Of a stretch of 64,000 nt of DNA, positions 18,884 through 27,345 are shown one piece after another (positions within the stretch are counted from its first letter, which is position 1; the number at the start of each line of letters is the position of its first letter). A model generated the notes under the pieces. The model made no database searches. It saw nothing but the letters and a program-made list of their open reading frames with translations, and was not told the origin of the DNA. The translations under genes and the position numbers were made by a program. The DNA is from Gimesia aquarii. Lineage in GTDB: Bacteria > Planctomycetota > Planctomycetia > Planctomycetales > Planctomycetaceae. The stretch is taken from NCBI RefSeq assembly GCF_007748175.1, contig NZ_CP037422.1:968528-1032527 (forward strand), in the 5' to 3' direction.

Positions 18884-20185
18884 TTATTCGCACTTTTTCA
18901 GTTTTTGATCCAATAGTAATTGCTCGGTATGCGAAGTCGTTTTATCTCGGGCCTGTAAAAAATAACTGCGTGCTTTGGAAAGTTCATTACACCGCAGATA
19001 CATTTCTCCGAGTGTTGCTTCGAGCAGATGATAATTTTTGAGCAGTTCCATTCCTCGAATATCCTGGATCGCTTTGATTCCTTTTTGAGGCCCCTCCAGT
19101 TGCGCAATGACAACGGCGCGATTTAAAGCCACCACTGGTGATGGATAAAACTTCATCAGCAAATCATACGACTTCAAGATCGCATTCCAATTGGTCTCTT
19201 TAAAACTGGGCGCGAGACAATGGGTGGCGGCTATGCCTGCTTCGAGATGATAGCGTGTCAGTTCGCGGCCAGTTGCGGCAAATTGCAACTGCTCGGCAGC
19301 TGCAGCAATTAAACTTTTATCCCAAAGACCGCGGTCTTGTTGGTCCATTAATAAAATACAACCCTCGTTATCAAGCCTTGCTTCGAATCGGGCCGCGTGA
19401 AACAACATCAGTGCTAATAAGGCATGCGTCGCAGGTGTCGAAAATTCTTCCCGGTCAATCAGTCGCTGACAAAGCCGAATCGCTTCAGCACAAATTTCAC
19501 GGCGAATGAGTGTATCGGGCCGTGAAGAGTTATAGCCTTCAGTAAAAAGTAAATAGAGGACAAGGTGCATCGATTCGATTCGCTTGTGAAACGCGTCGTC
19601 CACAGGAATTTCGAACGGGATGCGTTCGTCAATAAAAAACTTTTTCGCGCGCGTAATACGTTTTTTTGTAGTTTCGGTATTGGTTAATAACCCTTGGGAA
19701 ATTTCTGCGATACTGAAACCACAGAGTGTTTTTAACGATAATGAAATGCGTGCTTCAGCCGATAATTTTTCATGACAGCAGACACACATCATCCTTAAGA
19801 TGCTTTCTTCCTCGTTACTGTCTGAACACGCTCCAGGTTCGCTTTGAGATTCTGCATGTAAGCGTGCCTGATGCTGTTGTAATTCAGCTGATGATTTTTT
19901 TACCGTTTGTTGTCGTCTCAGCGCATCCAGAACACAGTTCGTTGCCACACGGTAGAGCCAGGCTGGAGGGTTGTCGGGTAGACCTCCCAGCTTCCAACTA
20001 TCCAACGAGCGCAACAGGGCCTCTTGAACCGCATCTTCAATAAGTTCAATATTTTGTAAACCAAAGCGGCTTGTCAAAAGTGAAGTCAGGCGCCCCGATT
20101 CATGCCGATAAAAGTGATCGTCGAGGCTGTGAATGGTATCGGATTTCACGGGTATTACGTATCTTCTGGTGCTGCTTCTCCACAA
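18884..20185 (-). CDS. Sigma-70 family RNA polymerase sigma factor with an extended C-terminal TPR-like domain (COG4941 type).
   Basis: ECF-like region 2 and region 4 motifs followed by a ~250-aa helical C-terminal extension. Translationally coupled (30-nt overlap) to the upstream YciI-like gene, the classic pairing for this family. Confidence 0.8.
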   Translation of the reverse strand: MWRSSTRRYVIPVKSDTIHSLDDHFYRHESGRLTSLLTSRFGLQNIELIEDAVQEALLRSLDSWKLGGLPDNPPAWLYRVATNCVLDALRRQQTVKKSSAELQQHQARLHAESQSEPGACSDSNEEESILRMMCVCCHEKLSAEARISLSLKTLCGFSIAEISQGLLTNTETTKKRITRAKKFFIDERIPFEIPVDDAFHKRIESMHLVLYLLFTEGYNSSRPDTLIRREICAEAIRLCQRLIDREEFSTPATHALLALMLFHAARFEARLDNEGCILLMDQQDRGLWDKSLIAAAAEQLQFAATGRELTRYHLEAGIAATHCLAPSFKETNWNAILKSYDLLMKFYPSPVVALNRAVVIAQLEGPQKGIKAIQDIRGMELLKNYHLLEATLGEMYLRCNELSKARSYFLQARDKTTSHTEQLLLDQKLKKCE

Positions 20186-20520
20186 TTATCAACAACGGGG
20201 CGGACTTCGACTTTCCCCTTATATTCGTAAATGGGGCACCCTTTCGCAACTTCTGTCGCCTCTTCCAGACTTGCTGCGGTCAGGATCGAAAATCCGCCGA
20301 TCATTTCTTTCGATTCCACAAAGGGACCATCGGCGATCACTTTATCCCCGGAAACAACGCTCCCTCTCAATTCCAGAGCATTCCCTGGCTCTAATACGCC
20401 CTTATCAATAAATTCATTCATCCAGCCCCACCAGCGATCGAGGTGAGCCTGCATCTCTTCTGGAGATATTCCTGGTGTCTGAGGAGCTCCACCACGATAA
20501 ATAAACATAAATTGAGGCAT
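20155..20520 (-). CDS. YciI-like (DGPF) domain protein.
   Basis: 121 aa containing a DGPFVESKEMIGGFSILTAASLEEA motif. Canonical partner of COG4941 sigma factors. Confidence 0.8.
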   Translation of the reverse strand: MPQFMFIYRGGAPQTPGISPEEMQAHLDRWWGWMNEFIDKGVLEPGNALELRGSVVSGDKVIADGPFVESKEMIGGFSILTAASLEEATEVAKGCPIYEYKGKVEVRPVVDNCGEAAPEDT

Positions 20521-20755
20521 CGTTTTGTTTCCTTCTCAAAAGTGAATGATGGTTGGGACTTACAACTTCCCTGGTGACGTATCAAGCACCGATTCGGGGA
20601 CAGAATGAGGCCGTTCATTTCGGCAAAAATCAAATTTTTCAAAAAACTCTGACAATCGTGTCCCCAGCAGACGGTTTCATCCGTCATCGAAAACAACTGC
20701 CTGCAAATAGTCAGGACAGGCAGATTTCACTTTATAGCCAACAGGAGAAACGACA

Positions 20756-21118
20756 ATGTCGAACCCATTTTGCCACATCGAGCTGCACGCCAACAACGTA
20801 GAAACGGCGAAATCTTTCTACTCTTCACTTTTTAACTGGAAGCTGAATGACATGCAAATCTGCGACGATCATACCTACACTATCATCGATGTCGGTGAGG
20901 GGACCGGCGGAGGGATGCTGACGAATCCCATTCCTGATGCCCCCTCACACTGGCTCTCTTATGTGCAAGTGGAGAATCTGGCCGCCTCGACCGAAAAAGC
21001 AAAATCACTGGGTGCAACCATTATTCAAGAGCCGACTGAAGTTCCTAATTTTGGTTCATTAAGCGTGATTTCTGATCCCACCGGTGCCACTCTCGGCTTG
21101 TGGCAGCCTCTGGGTTGA
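20756..21118 (+). CDS. VOC (glyoxalase/bleomycin-resistance) family protein.
   Basis: FCHIELHANNVETAKSFYSSLFNWKL N-terminal VOC fold. 120 aa. Confidence 0.8.
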   Translation: MSNPFCHIELHANNVETAKSFYSSLFNWKLNDMQICDDHTYTIIDVGEGTGGGMLTNPIPDAPSHWLSYVQVENLAASTEKAKSLGATIIQEPTEVPNFGSLSVISDPTGATLGLWQPLG

Positions 21119-21179
21119 TCATTCGCTGTATTCTCAGATTCTTCATATTAATTTTGTACCAGCACCAGGAGACATTCTC

Positions 21180-21653
21180 ATGCCCATCAACACCAAAACC
21201 GTTCAAGATCGTCGGGACGTCCATTACAATTCCATGGATCAACTGCTTAAAGATGCAGAACTGATGGTGGTGGGGCCTTCCCGTACGTTGGGCAACTGGT
21301 CGCTGGGGCAAATTCTGGAACATCTGGCAATCACCATGCATAAATCGATTGATGACTTTCCCGCTCTGGCTCCGTGGCCTCTGCGGGTCATGATCAAATT
21401 AACCATGAAACAGAAATTTCTCACGCAGCCAATGCCAGCGGGTTTTCAGATTTCCTCTAAAATGGAAGCGGTGCGCCCTAAAGAACATGATGCTGTGAAA
21501 ACACTCTCTGAGTTACACGAAGCAATCGAACGGTTAAAGCAGGAAACTCCGCAGGCTCTCAACCCGGGATTAGGTCGCCTCACCGTTGACGAGTGGAACG
21601 CCTTCCATCTCCGACATGCTGAACTGCATATGAGTTTTGTGACATCGGAATAA
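21180..21653 (+). CDS. DinB/DUF1569-like four-helix-bundle protein.
   Basis: The start is moved to the MPINTK Met so as not to overlap the VOC gene. The motif WSLGQILEHLAITMH is typical of DinB_2/DUF1569. Confidence 0.5.
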   Translation: MPINTKTVQDRRDVHYNSMDQLLKDAELMVVGPSRTLGNWSLGQILEHLAITMHKSIDDFPALAPWPLRVMIKLTMKQKFLTQPMPAGFQISSKMEAVRPKEHDAVKTLSELHEAIERLKQETPQALNPGLGRLTVDEWNAFHLRHAELHMSFVTSE

Positions 21654-21812
21654 ATCCTGTCTCACTCAATCTACTTTGACGGGGTACTGCCCTCTCAGCC
21701 TTCTGAATCCTTTGCGTTCAATGTGAATTCTGCTAGCATAAGATCAAATATCGGAGCTTGGTTTGCGTCTCAATAACCTGTATCACAAGCTGCTTGTTTG
21801 TAAAGGAATCTC

Positions 21813-22820
21813 ATGTCAGAAGCATCTCTTCCACAGCAACTGGACCGAATGATTACCGGTTACTGGACGTCACAATCGATTTTTGCAGCTGCTAAATTGG
21901 GAATTGCCGATCTTCTGAAAGACGGTCCACAAAAGATTGAACAACTGGCAGAAGCCTCACACACCAATTGTGATGCCCTCTATCGATTACTGCGGGCCTT
22001 GGCGAGTATCGGTATTTTTGCTGAAGAGGGACAGAGGCTGTTCTCATTAACGCCTCTGGCTGAGTTCTTACGTAGTGATATTCCCGATTCTAAACGCGCC
22101 TTGGCCATGATGACCGGCGATGAACAGTTTCATGCCTGGACTGAAATTCTTTATACACTCGAGACCGGTAAAACCTCGTTTGACAAGGTCTGGGGCAAAC
22201 CGATTTTTGAATACCTGTCCGAACATCCCGATAAGGGACATATTTTCGACCAGGCGATGACTGGAATTCATGGCAGGGAAACCAGCACGATACTCGAAGC
22301 CTATGATTTTTCTGAATTTAAAGTGCTGGCTGACATCGGAGGTGGAAACGGATCGAACCTCATCGGTCTATTGCAACATTACCCTGAGATGAAGGGGATC
22401 CTCTTTGATTTGCCGCATGTGATCGAGCGATCGCAAACAAATCTAGAAAATGCGGGTCTGGGCAATCGCTGTGAGTCGATCGGTGGCAGTTTCTTTGATT
22501 CTATCCCACTGACGGCAGATGCCTATCTGATGCGACACATCATTCATGACTGGGACGATGAAAAGTCGCTGACCATTCTTCGTAACTGCCATGCGGTAAT
22601 GTCAGAAAACAGTAAATTGCTCATCATCGAAAGCGTCATTCCCCCGGGTAACGAACCGTTTGCAGGCAAATTCCTCGATCTGGTGATGATGCTCATTCCC
22701 GGAGGCAAAGAACGAACGGAATCAGAGTATCAAACACTTTACAATCAGGCAGGGTTCGAACTGACGAGAATCGTTCCCACCAAAACGGAACTCAGTATCA
22801 TCGAAGGTGTGAAACGTTAA
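21813..22820 (+). CDS. Class I SAM-dependent O-methyltransferase (COMT/hydroxyneurosporene-OMT type, with N-terminal dimerisation domain).
   Basis: SAM-binding motif LADIGGGNGSN. 335 aa length. Family-typical C-terminal region. Confidence 0.85.
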   Translation: MSEASLPQQLDRMITGYWTSQSIFAAAKLGIADLLKDGPQKIEQLAEASHTNCDALYRLLRALASIGIFAEEGQRLFSLTPLAEFLRSDIPDSKRALAMMTGDEQFHAWTEILYTLETGKTSFDKVWGKPIFEYLSEHPDKGHIFDQAMTGIHGRETSTILEAYDFSEFKVLADIGGGNGSNLIGLLQHYPEMKGILFDLPHVIERSQTNLENAGLGNRCESIGGSFFDSIPLTADAYLMRHIIHDWDDEKSLTILRNCHAVMSENSKLLIIESVIPPGNEPFAGKFLDLVMMLIPGGKERTESEYQTLYNQAGFELTRIVPTKTELSIIEGVKR

Positions 22821-22840
22821 ACTTGTCTCTGAATTGTTGA

Positions 22841-23815
22841 TTACAGAAACCGGATGGATACCCCTGCCCCTACAAAGTAGTTAATGGCGGCCTCGTTCAG
22901 GCCGACACCAGCATTGATGTCCAATTGCAGATTATTGTTGATCAGATATGTGAAGCCGGCGTCAAAATAGTGTTCTGTCTCAGCCGTATTCGCACCACTG
23001 GGTATGAGTGCAAACCACTCGGTGAAGGCTCCCCACTGTTCTGTCAGTGTATAACTGACGTTAAATGACTGAGCGATTTCCAGAAAGGATCGGCCGTTGT
23101 CATCGACACTTCGATTTCCCTGAGTCGAAGCCGCAATCGAAATACAGTCATTCAGTTCCCAGGCATAGACCCAATCGAGCCCCGGTTCGACTTGATTCGC
23201 CGTAAAAGTAGGGCTGCCTGTCGGAAGACTCATCTGTACAATCACTGCCATTTCTGGCAAAAAACCTCTCTGTGGAGTTAAAGCAACTTGAAGCGCTGTA
23301 TAAAGGTCATCGCTACCGACCGTGGTATTCTGAAATGTGCCAATGGCAGTGCTTTGCTGTAGAGGAGAAAAACCGAGACGAAATTCGAGCCAGTCTGCCA
23401 GAATGCCCCTACGAAAAAGAAACTCTCCAAGTGACTGAGTACTGACCTGTCGACCTCCACTTTTATCATCCAAGTAAGAATATCCGGATTCGATCTGAGT
23501 GACGCCTTTTCCCACCGTCACAGAGGTCGAAGTAAAATTAGGGCGATCTGTTCGCAATGGTTGATCTAACTGGGGTCCACCGGAGCAGCCACTACCTGCA
23601 CTCCACTGAAACAGGGTGCCACAACCAGGAGAAAAAAAGAGCCCTTTTATTGTCTTACACTGGTATGCTCTATTCTGGTACTCTGCCAATGATGTCCCAA
23701 ATTCACTCTGGACACATTGAACTGCTTCCTCTTCGGCAGAGGCTTGACTCGTCCAGCTGGCAAGAACAACGACAAGCAGGCAATTCCAGATTCGAATACC
23801 ATTTGTATTCATCAT
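22841..23815 (-). CDS. Outer-membrane beta-barrel protein (MetA-pathway/putative transporter family). Last gene of the secretion-like operon.
   Basis: Signal peptide. TDRPNFT motif. Alternating amphipathic beta-strand pattern. C-terminal aromatic residue (RFL). Confidence 0.5.
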   Translation of the reverse strand: MMNTNGIRIWNCLLVVVLASWTSQASAEEEAVQCVQSEFGTSLAEYQNRAYQCKTIKGLFFSPGCGTLFQWSAGSGCSGGPQLDQPLRTDRPNFTSTSVTVGKGVTQIESGYSYLDDKSGGRQVSTQSLGEFLFRRGILADWLEFRLGFSPLQQSTAIGTFQNTTVGSDDLYTALQVALTPQRGFLPEMAVIVQMSLPTGSPTFTANQVEPGLDWVYAWELNDCISIAASTQGNRSVDDNGRSFLEIAQSFNVSYTLTEQWGAFTEWFALIPSGANTAETEHYFDAGFTYLINNNLQLDINAGVGLNEAAINYFVGAGVSIRFL

Positions 23816-23896
23816 ACCTACTCTTTACTTTCGCTTAAGATGAAAAGCGAAAACCAATGATTTCTTGGAATACATGATTGAGGTGGTGATTTACTT

Positions 23897-25621
23897 TTAT
23901 TGCTCTTCCATGAAGGGAACCTGATCCTCAGCGAGTGCCGCCCGATAATCAGCCTGTTCCAGGAAATAAAGTAGTTTTGCATCGACGGCTTTTTCAGCGG
24001 ATTCCACTGCATATTCTTCGCGTAGCGTTACTTTCAACAAGTCGGATAATCCTTCCTCGAAGTTGAGTCGCTCTCGTCGCGCCAGGTCTTCGGCATACTC
24101 AACTGCCTGCTCTGCCTGCCTCGCCTGCTCAAATGCTCCGCTTAAACCGGCATAAGCTGACTCGACATCAGCGATTATTTTTTCTTCCGTCAGTTGTCGT
24201 TTGGCATTGAGTTGCGAAAGCTTGCCTTCAATGGCCATCAACTTACCGCGGGCCTTACGACGTTCAACGGGAACTTCTACCAGCAGTAAAGCATCTAATT
24301 CAAACGGACCTTTGTCGTTCTTGGGACTTGTCGGAAAGCCTACGTCCTGGGAGGCCTGCATCACCAAATCAACATTGGGAAGATAATCGTTGCGTGCTTG
24401 AGAGTAATCCACATCTAATTGACGTTGTATGAGATCAAGCGTATAAATTTCCGGACGTTGTTCCACAGCGATCTTCGCGTCCAGCGATACCATTTCTCGA
24501 TCAATGGGTTCCAGTTCGGGAAATTTGGGAAGACTCTCTGCGCTTGGAATCAAGGGCCGGCCATTTGCATCGCGATAGTACAATGACAACTTGACAGCTG
24601 TCTGCTGAAGTTTACGCTCCGCATCCGCCCGTTTCCCCAATCGTTCCGCCACAAGTCGTAAGTTGTCGGTTAATTCAGGTGGGTCGAGGAACCCATTTTC
24701 AACCTGACTCCGAATGCGCTCGGTTCGATTTTGCGCGAGACTCAGCACGCGTTCTGCAATTCTCAACTTAGCGCCGGCAGCAACCCAATCCCAATAGGCG
24801 TAGCTTGACTCTTGCACAAAACCGATGAGTTGCGCTTGAATATCTGGCTCAACCGCTTCACGCCCAAACGTCGCACGCCACAAGTCAGCACGCCGCGCGT
24901 CGATATCTCGATTGCGAGACAGCGGTACTGAGAAACCGGCTTTGAACTCACCACCCGCATTCGTCTCTCGTTCGAGATACCAGGGCTGAAAACTACCACG
25001 GCCGATACGATATCCAGCAAATGCTTCTCCCCCCTGATAGAGTGGTTTAATGAAGCCGATGTTCTGGCGATAAGTCTTATAAAACCCCATCGGGCCATTT
25101 TCACTGCCCGCTTTGATTTTACGATCGAAGGCTCCTAAGGTTGCTAATCTCTCACCTGAAGCAACTTCACGTGAATAGAAGGCCGCTTCGAGAAGAGGGT
25201 AACTTTGATAGACAGAGTCAATGACTTCACTCAGATAGAGTCCATCATTAACAGAATCGTAACTGTCAACCGCGGGAGGGAGTTGAGGAATCGTCATCTC
25301 ATCGACAGGCTCTTGTCTTTCTTGTGCCTGACTGTTGGCCGAGACAAGTTCAATGTCTTGAGGCGAAGACTCCCCCTCTTGAAGTTCCAACTCAGTATCA
25401 AACTCTTTGTCGATCTGATTCTGAAGTTCTTTGTCCAACTGATTCGGCTGTGATGCTAACTCAACTTGTGGTTTATCTACCGTTGTTTTTGCTGGTTTTG
25501 ATTCAATGGCAGCATAGGCAATGTGATCATCAGAGACAGGCTTCGACTGGGTCACTTTCTGACGTGCCCCAGAACATCCCACTGCGATGGCTGCTATCAA
25601 CGGTATCCAAACTCTGATCAT
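23897..25621 (-). CDS. TolC-family outer-membrane efflux lipoprotein with an acidic low-complexity N-terminal linker.
   Basis: Lipobox (IAAIAVGCSG). TolC helical repeat sequences. Located downstream of the ABC and MFP genes. Confidence 0.8.
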   Translation of the reverse strand: MIRVWIPLIAAIAVGCSGARQKVTQSKPVSDDHIAYAAIESKPAKTTVDKPQVELASQPNQLDKELQNQIDKEFDTELELQEGESSPQDIELVSANSQAQERQEPVDEMTIPQLPPAVDSYDSVNDGLYLSEVIDSVYQSYPLLEAAFYSREVASGERLATLGAFDRKIKAGSENGPMGFYKTYRQNIGFIKPLYQGGEAFAGYRIGRGSFQPWYLERETNAGGEFKAGFSVPLSRNRDIDARRADLWRATFGREAVEPDIQAQLIGFVQESSYAYWDWVAAGAKLRIAERVLSLAQNRTERIRSQVENGFLDPPELTDNLRLVAERLGKRADAERKLQQTAVKLSLYYRDANGRPLIPSAESLPKFPELEPIDREMVSLDAKIAVEQRPEIYTLDLIQRQLDVDYSQARNDYLPNVDLVMQASQDVGFPTSPKNDKGPFELDALLLVEVPVERRKARGKLMAIEGKLSQLNAKRQLTEEKIIADVESAYAGLSGAFEQARQAEQAVEYAEDLARRERLNFEEGLSDLLKVTLREEYAVESAEKAVDAKLLYFLEQADYRAALAEDQVPFMEEQ

Positions 25622-25830
25622 TGCTCAATCACTCTACTCGACAGCGCACTGGCAGCTTAAATTGTTATTACAATTAGTATAATCTGCACAAACCGGTCTA
25701 TTGTAGAATTCGGCAGAAGTGCACCAGGTATTTAACTTTGAGTGGGGGCACACTCATCGTATTAACACAAAGTCCTTCTATTATCCCGAAAAGCAGTAAA
25801 GGCGAAAAACTCTTTCTATACTACCTAAAG

Positions 25831-27345
25831 TTACTTCGGAAGCTTAGGTGGCTTGCTTTTGTCACTTTTCTGTCCCGGTTCATCCATTGAGACGACTGGT
25901 GGGAAGCCGTTGAGGTTTCGCCAGACTTCATACCAGAGAGGGACACGATTCAACAACACCCAGGCGTTGGCGCGAACTCCCTGCCGTAGAAAGCGATCTG
26001 TAGGCCATGCAGGTTCAGTCGGATCCGGCTTGATCAGAATTCGAAACATGCCTTTCCCGTCGTCAATCGCATCTACCGAAACCACGTCTCCCCCAAACGT
26101 CCCCACGGCAACAGAAGGCCATCCCGCGAATTGAACCGCAGGCCAACCCTCGAACTGCAGCCGCACATGCCGTCCCGGTTCGACCAATGGGGCATCGTTT
26201 CCATCGAGCCAGATTTGCACCGAGCGGTCTTTTGTATAAGGTACAATCGTGCAAATCGGATCTCCCTGTTTTAAAATGGCAGTTTTCAGATTTGGTGTAA
26301 TCTGAACGATGTAACCATCAAAGGGAGCATCAAGGACCTGATTTGACTGACGAGAGACTTTAACTTGCATATCAACCAGTTCTTTATTTGCTTTGTTTAA
26401 CTTCTGCTTCGTTTCTTCGATCTTACTTTTGTCCTTCGAAACATCGACTTTTGCTTTTTCCAGAGATGATTGTGCTTTCTCAATCTCGACCTGTGCCTTC
26501 TGGATGTAAGCACTACGATCACTGATTTTACCATTCAGCTCCTCCATTGCAGAGGCATAGTAAGACTCGCCAGCCTTCGCTTTCCCTTTCGCTTCGTTAA
26601 GCTTCCGGAAGACCTCTTGCAACTTCTGCAGCGAGATATTATCAGCAGCTTCCAATTTCCGTATTCGATCATATTCGGCCTGCAGTTGTGGTAACGCGGC
26701 TCGATACACATTCAGTTCCTGTAGCTTTGCATCCACTTTCTTTCTCGCCATTTCAACATACGCATCTTGTGCTCTTGTGACATCGTCTTTCACGTTACCA
26801 TAAGTCGTAACCTGATCGTCAATTGTGTTAACAACTAACAGTGATTTTTCTAGCGCCGCTTGATCAGCCTTGAGCTGTTGTTTTGCAGAAGCGACAGCCT
26901 GCTGGCTATTCAGCAATTGTATATTCAAATTTGAGGTGTACTGATCGTCCAGGTCTCGAATCTCTGCAATGAATTGCCCTTTTTTGACCCGCGCGTTCTC
27001 GAAGATGTTGTCCCCCCAACGCGCAATTCGCCCCTTTATAGGTGCCTGAATCACTTGCTGACGTTGATCAGGGGAATAAGCCAACACGTTACCGGTACCT
27101 GTGACAGATTGCTGCCAGGGAGCGAACGCCATCAGTAAAATTGTAAACACGAGTACAATGAACAGATATTTGGCGATCTTGCGAGCCACCCGCGATGATC
27201 TGGCAAGTCGCAATGATGGCATACTTGACTCACTGTAGGCGACTGGTGCTAACATCGACCAACGCTGTTGTTCATTTTCAGATACGGGTATATCAAGCTG
27301 TGGTTTCGTTGTCATCAGTCTCCTCCCTAGTAGAAATGATTCCAT
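25831..27345 (-). CDS. HlyD-family membrane fusion protein. The real start is probably an internal Met (about 27258-27315).
   Basis: Single TM (IAKYLFIVLVFTILLMAFAP). Long coiled coil. C-terminal beta-barrel region (QIWLDGNDAPLVEPGRHVRLQFEGWP). Confidence 0.8.
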   Translation of the reverse strand: MESFLLGRRLMTTKPQLDIPVSENEQQRWSMLAPVAYSESSMPSLRLARSSRVARKIAKYLFIVLVFTILLMAFAPWQQSVTGTGNVLAYSPDQRQQVIQAPIKGRIARWGDNIFENARVKKGQFIAEIRDLDDQYTSNLNIQLLNSQQAVASAKQQLKADQAALEKSLLVVNTIDDQVTTYGNVKDDVTRAQDAYVEMARKKVDAKLQELNVYRAALPQLQAEYDRIRKLEAADNISLQKLQEVFRKLNEAKGKAKAGESYYASAMEELNGKISDRSAYIQKAQVEIEKAQSSLEKAKVDVSKDKSKIEETKQKLNKANKELVDMQVKVSRQSNQVLDAPFDGYIVQITPNLKTAILKQGDPICTIVPYTKDRSVQIWLDGNDAPLVEPGRHVRLQFEGWPAVQFAGWPSVAVGTFGGDVVSVDAIDDGKGMFRILIKPDPTEPAWPTDRFLRQGVRANAWVLLNRVPLWYEVWRNLNGFPPVVSMDEPGQKSDKSKPPKLPK

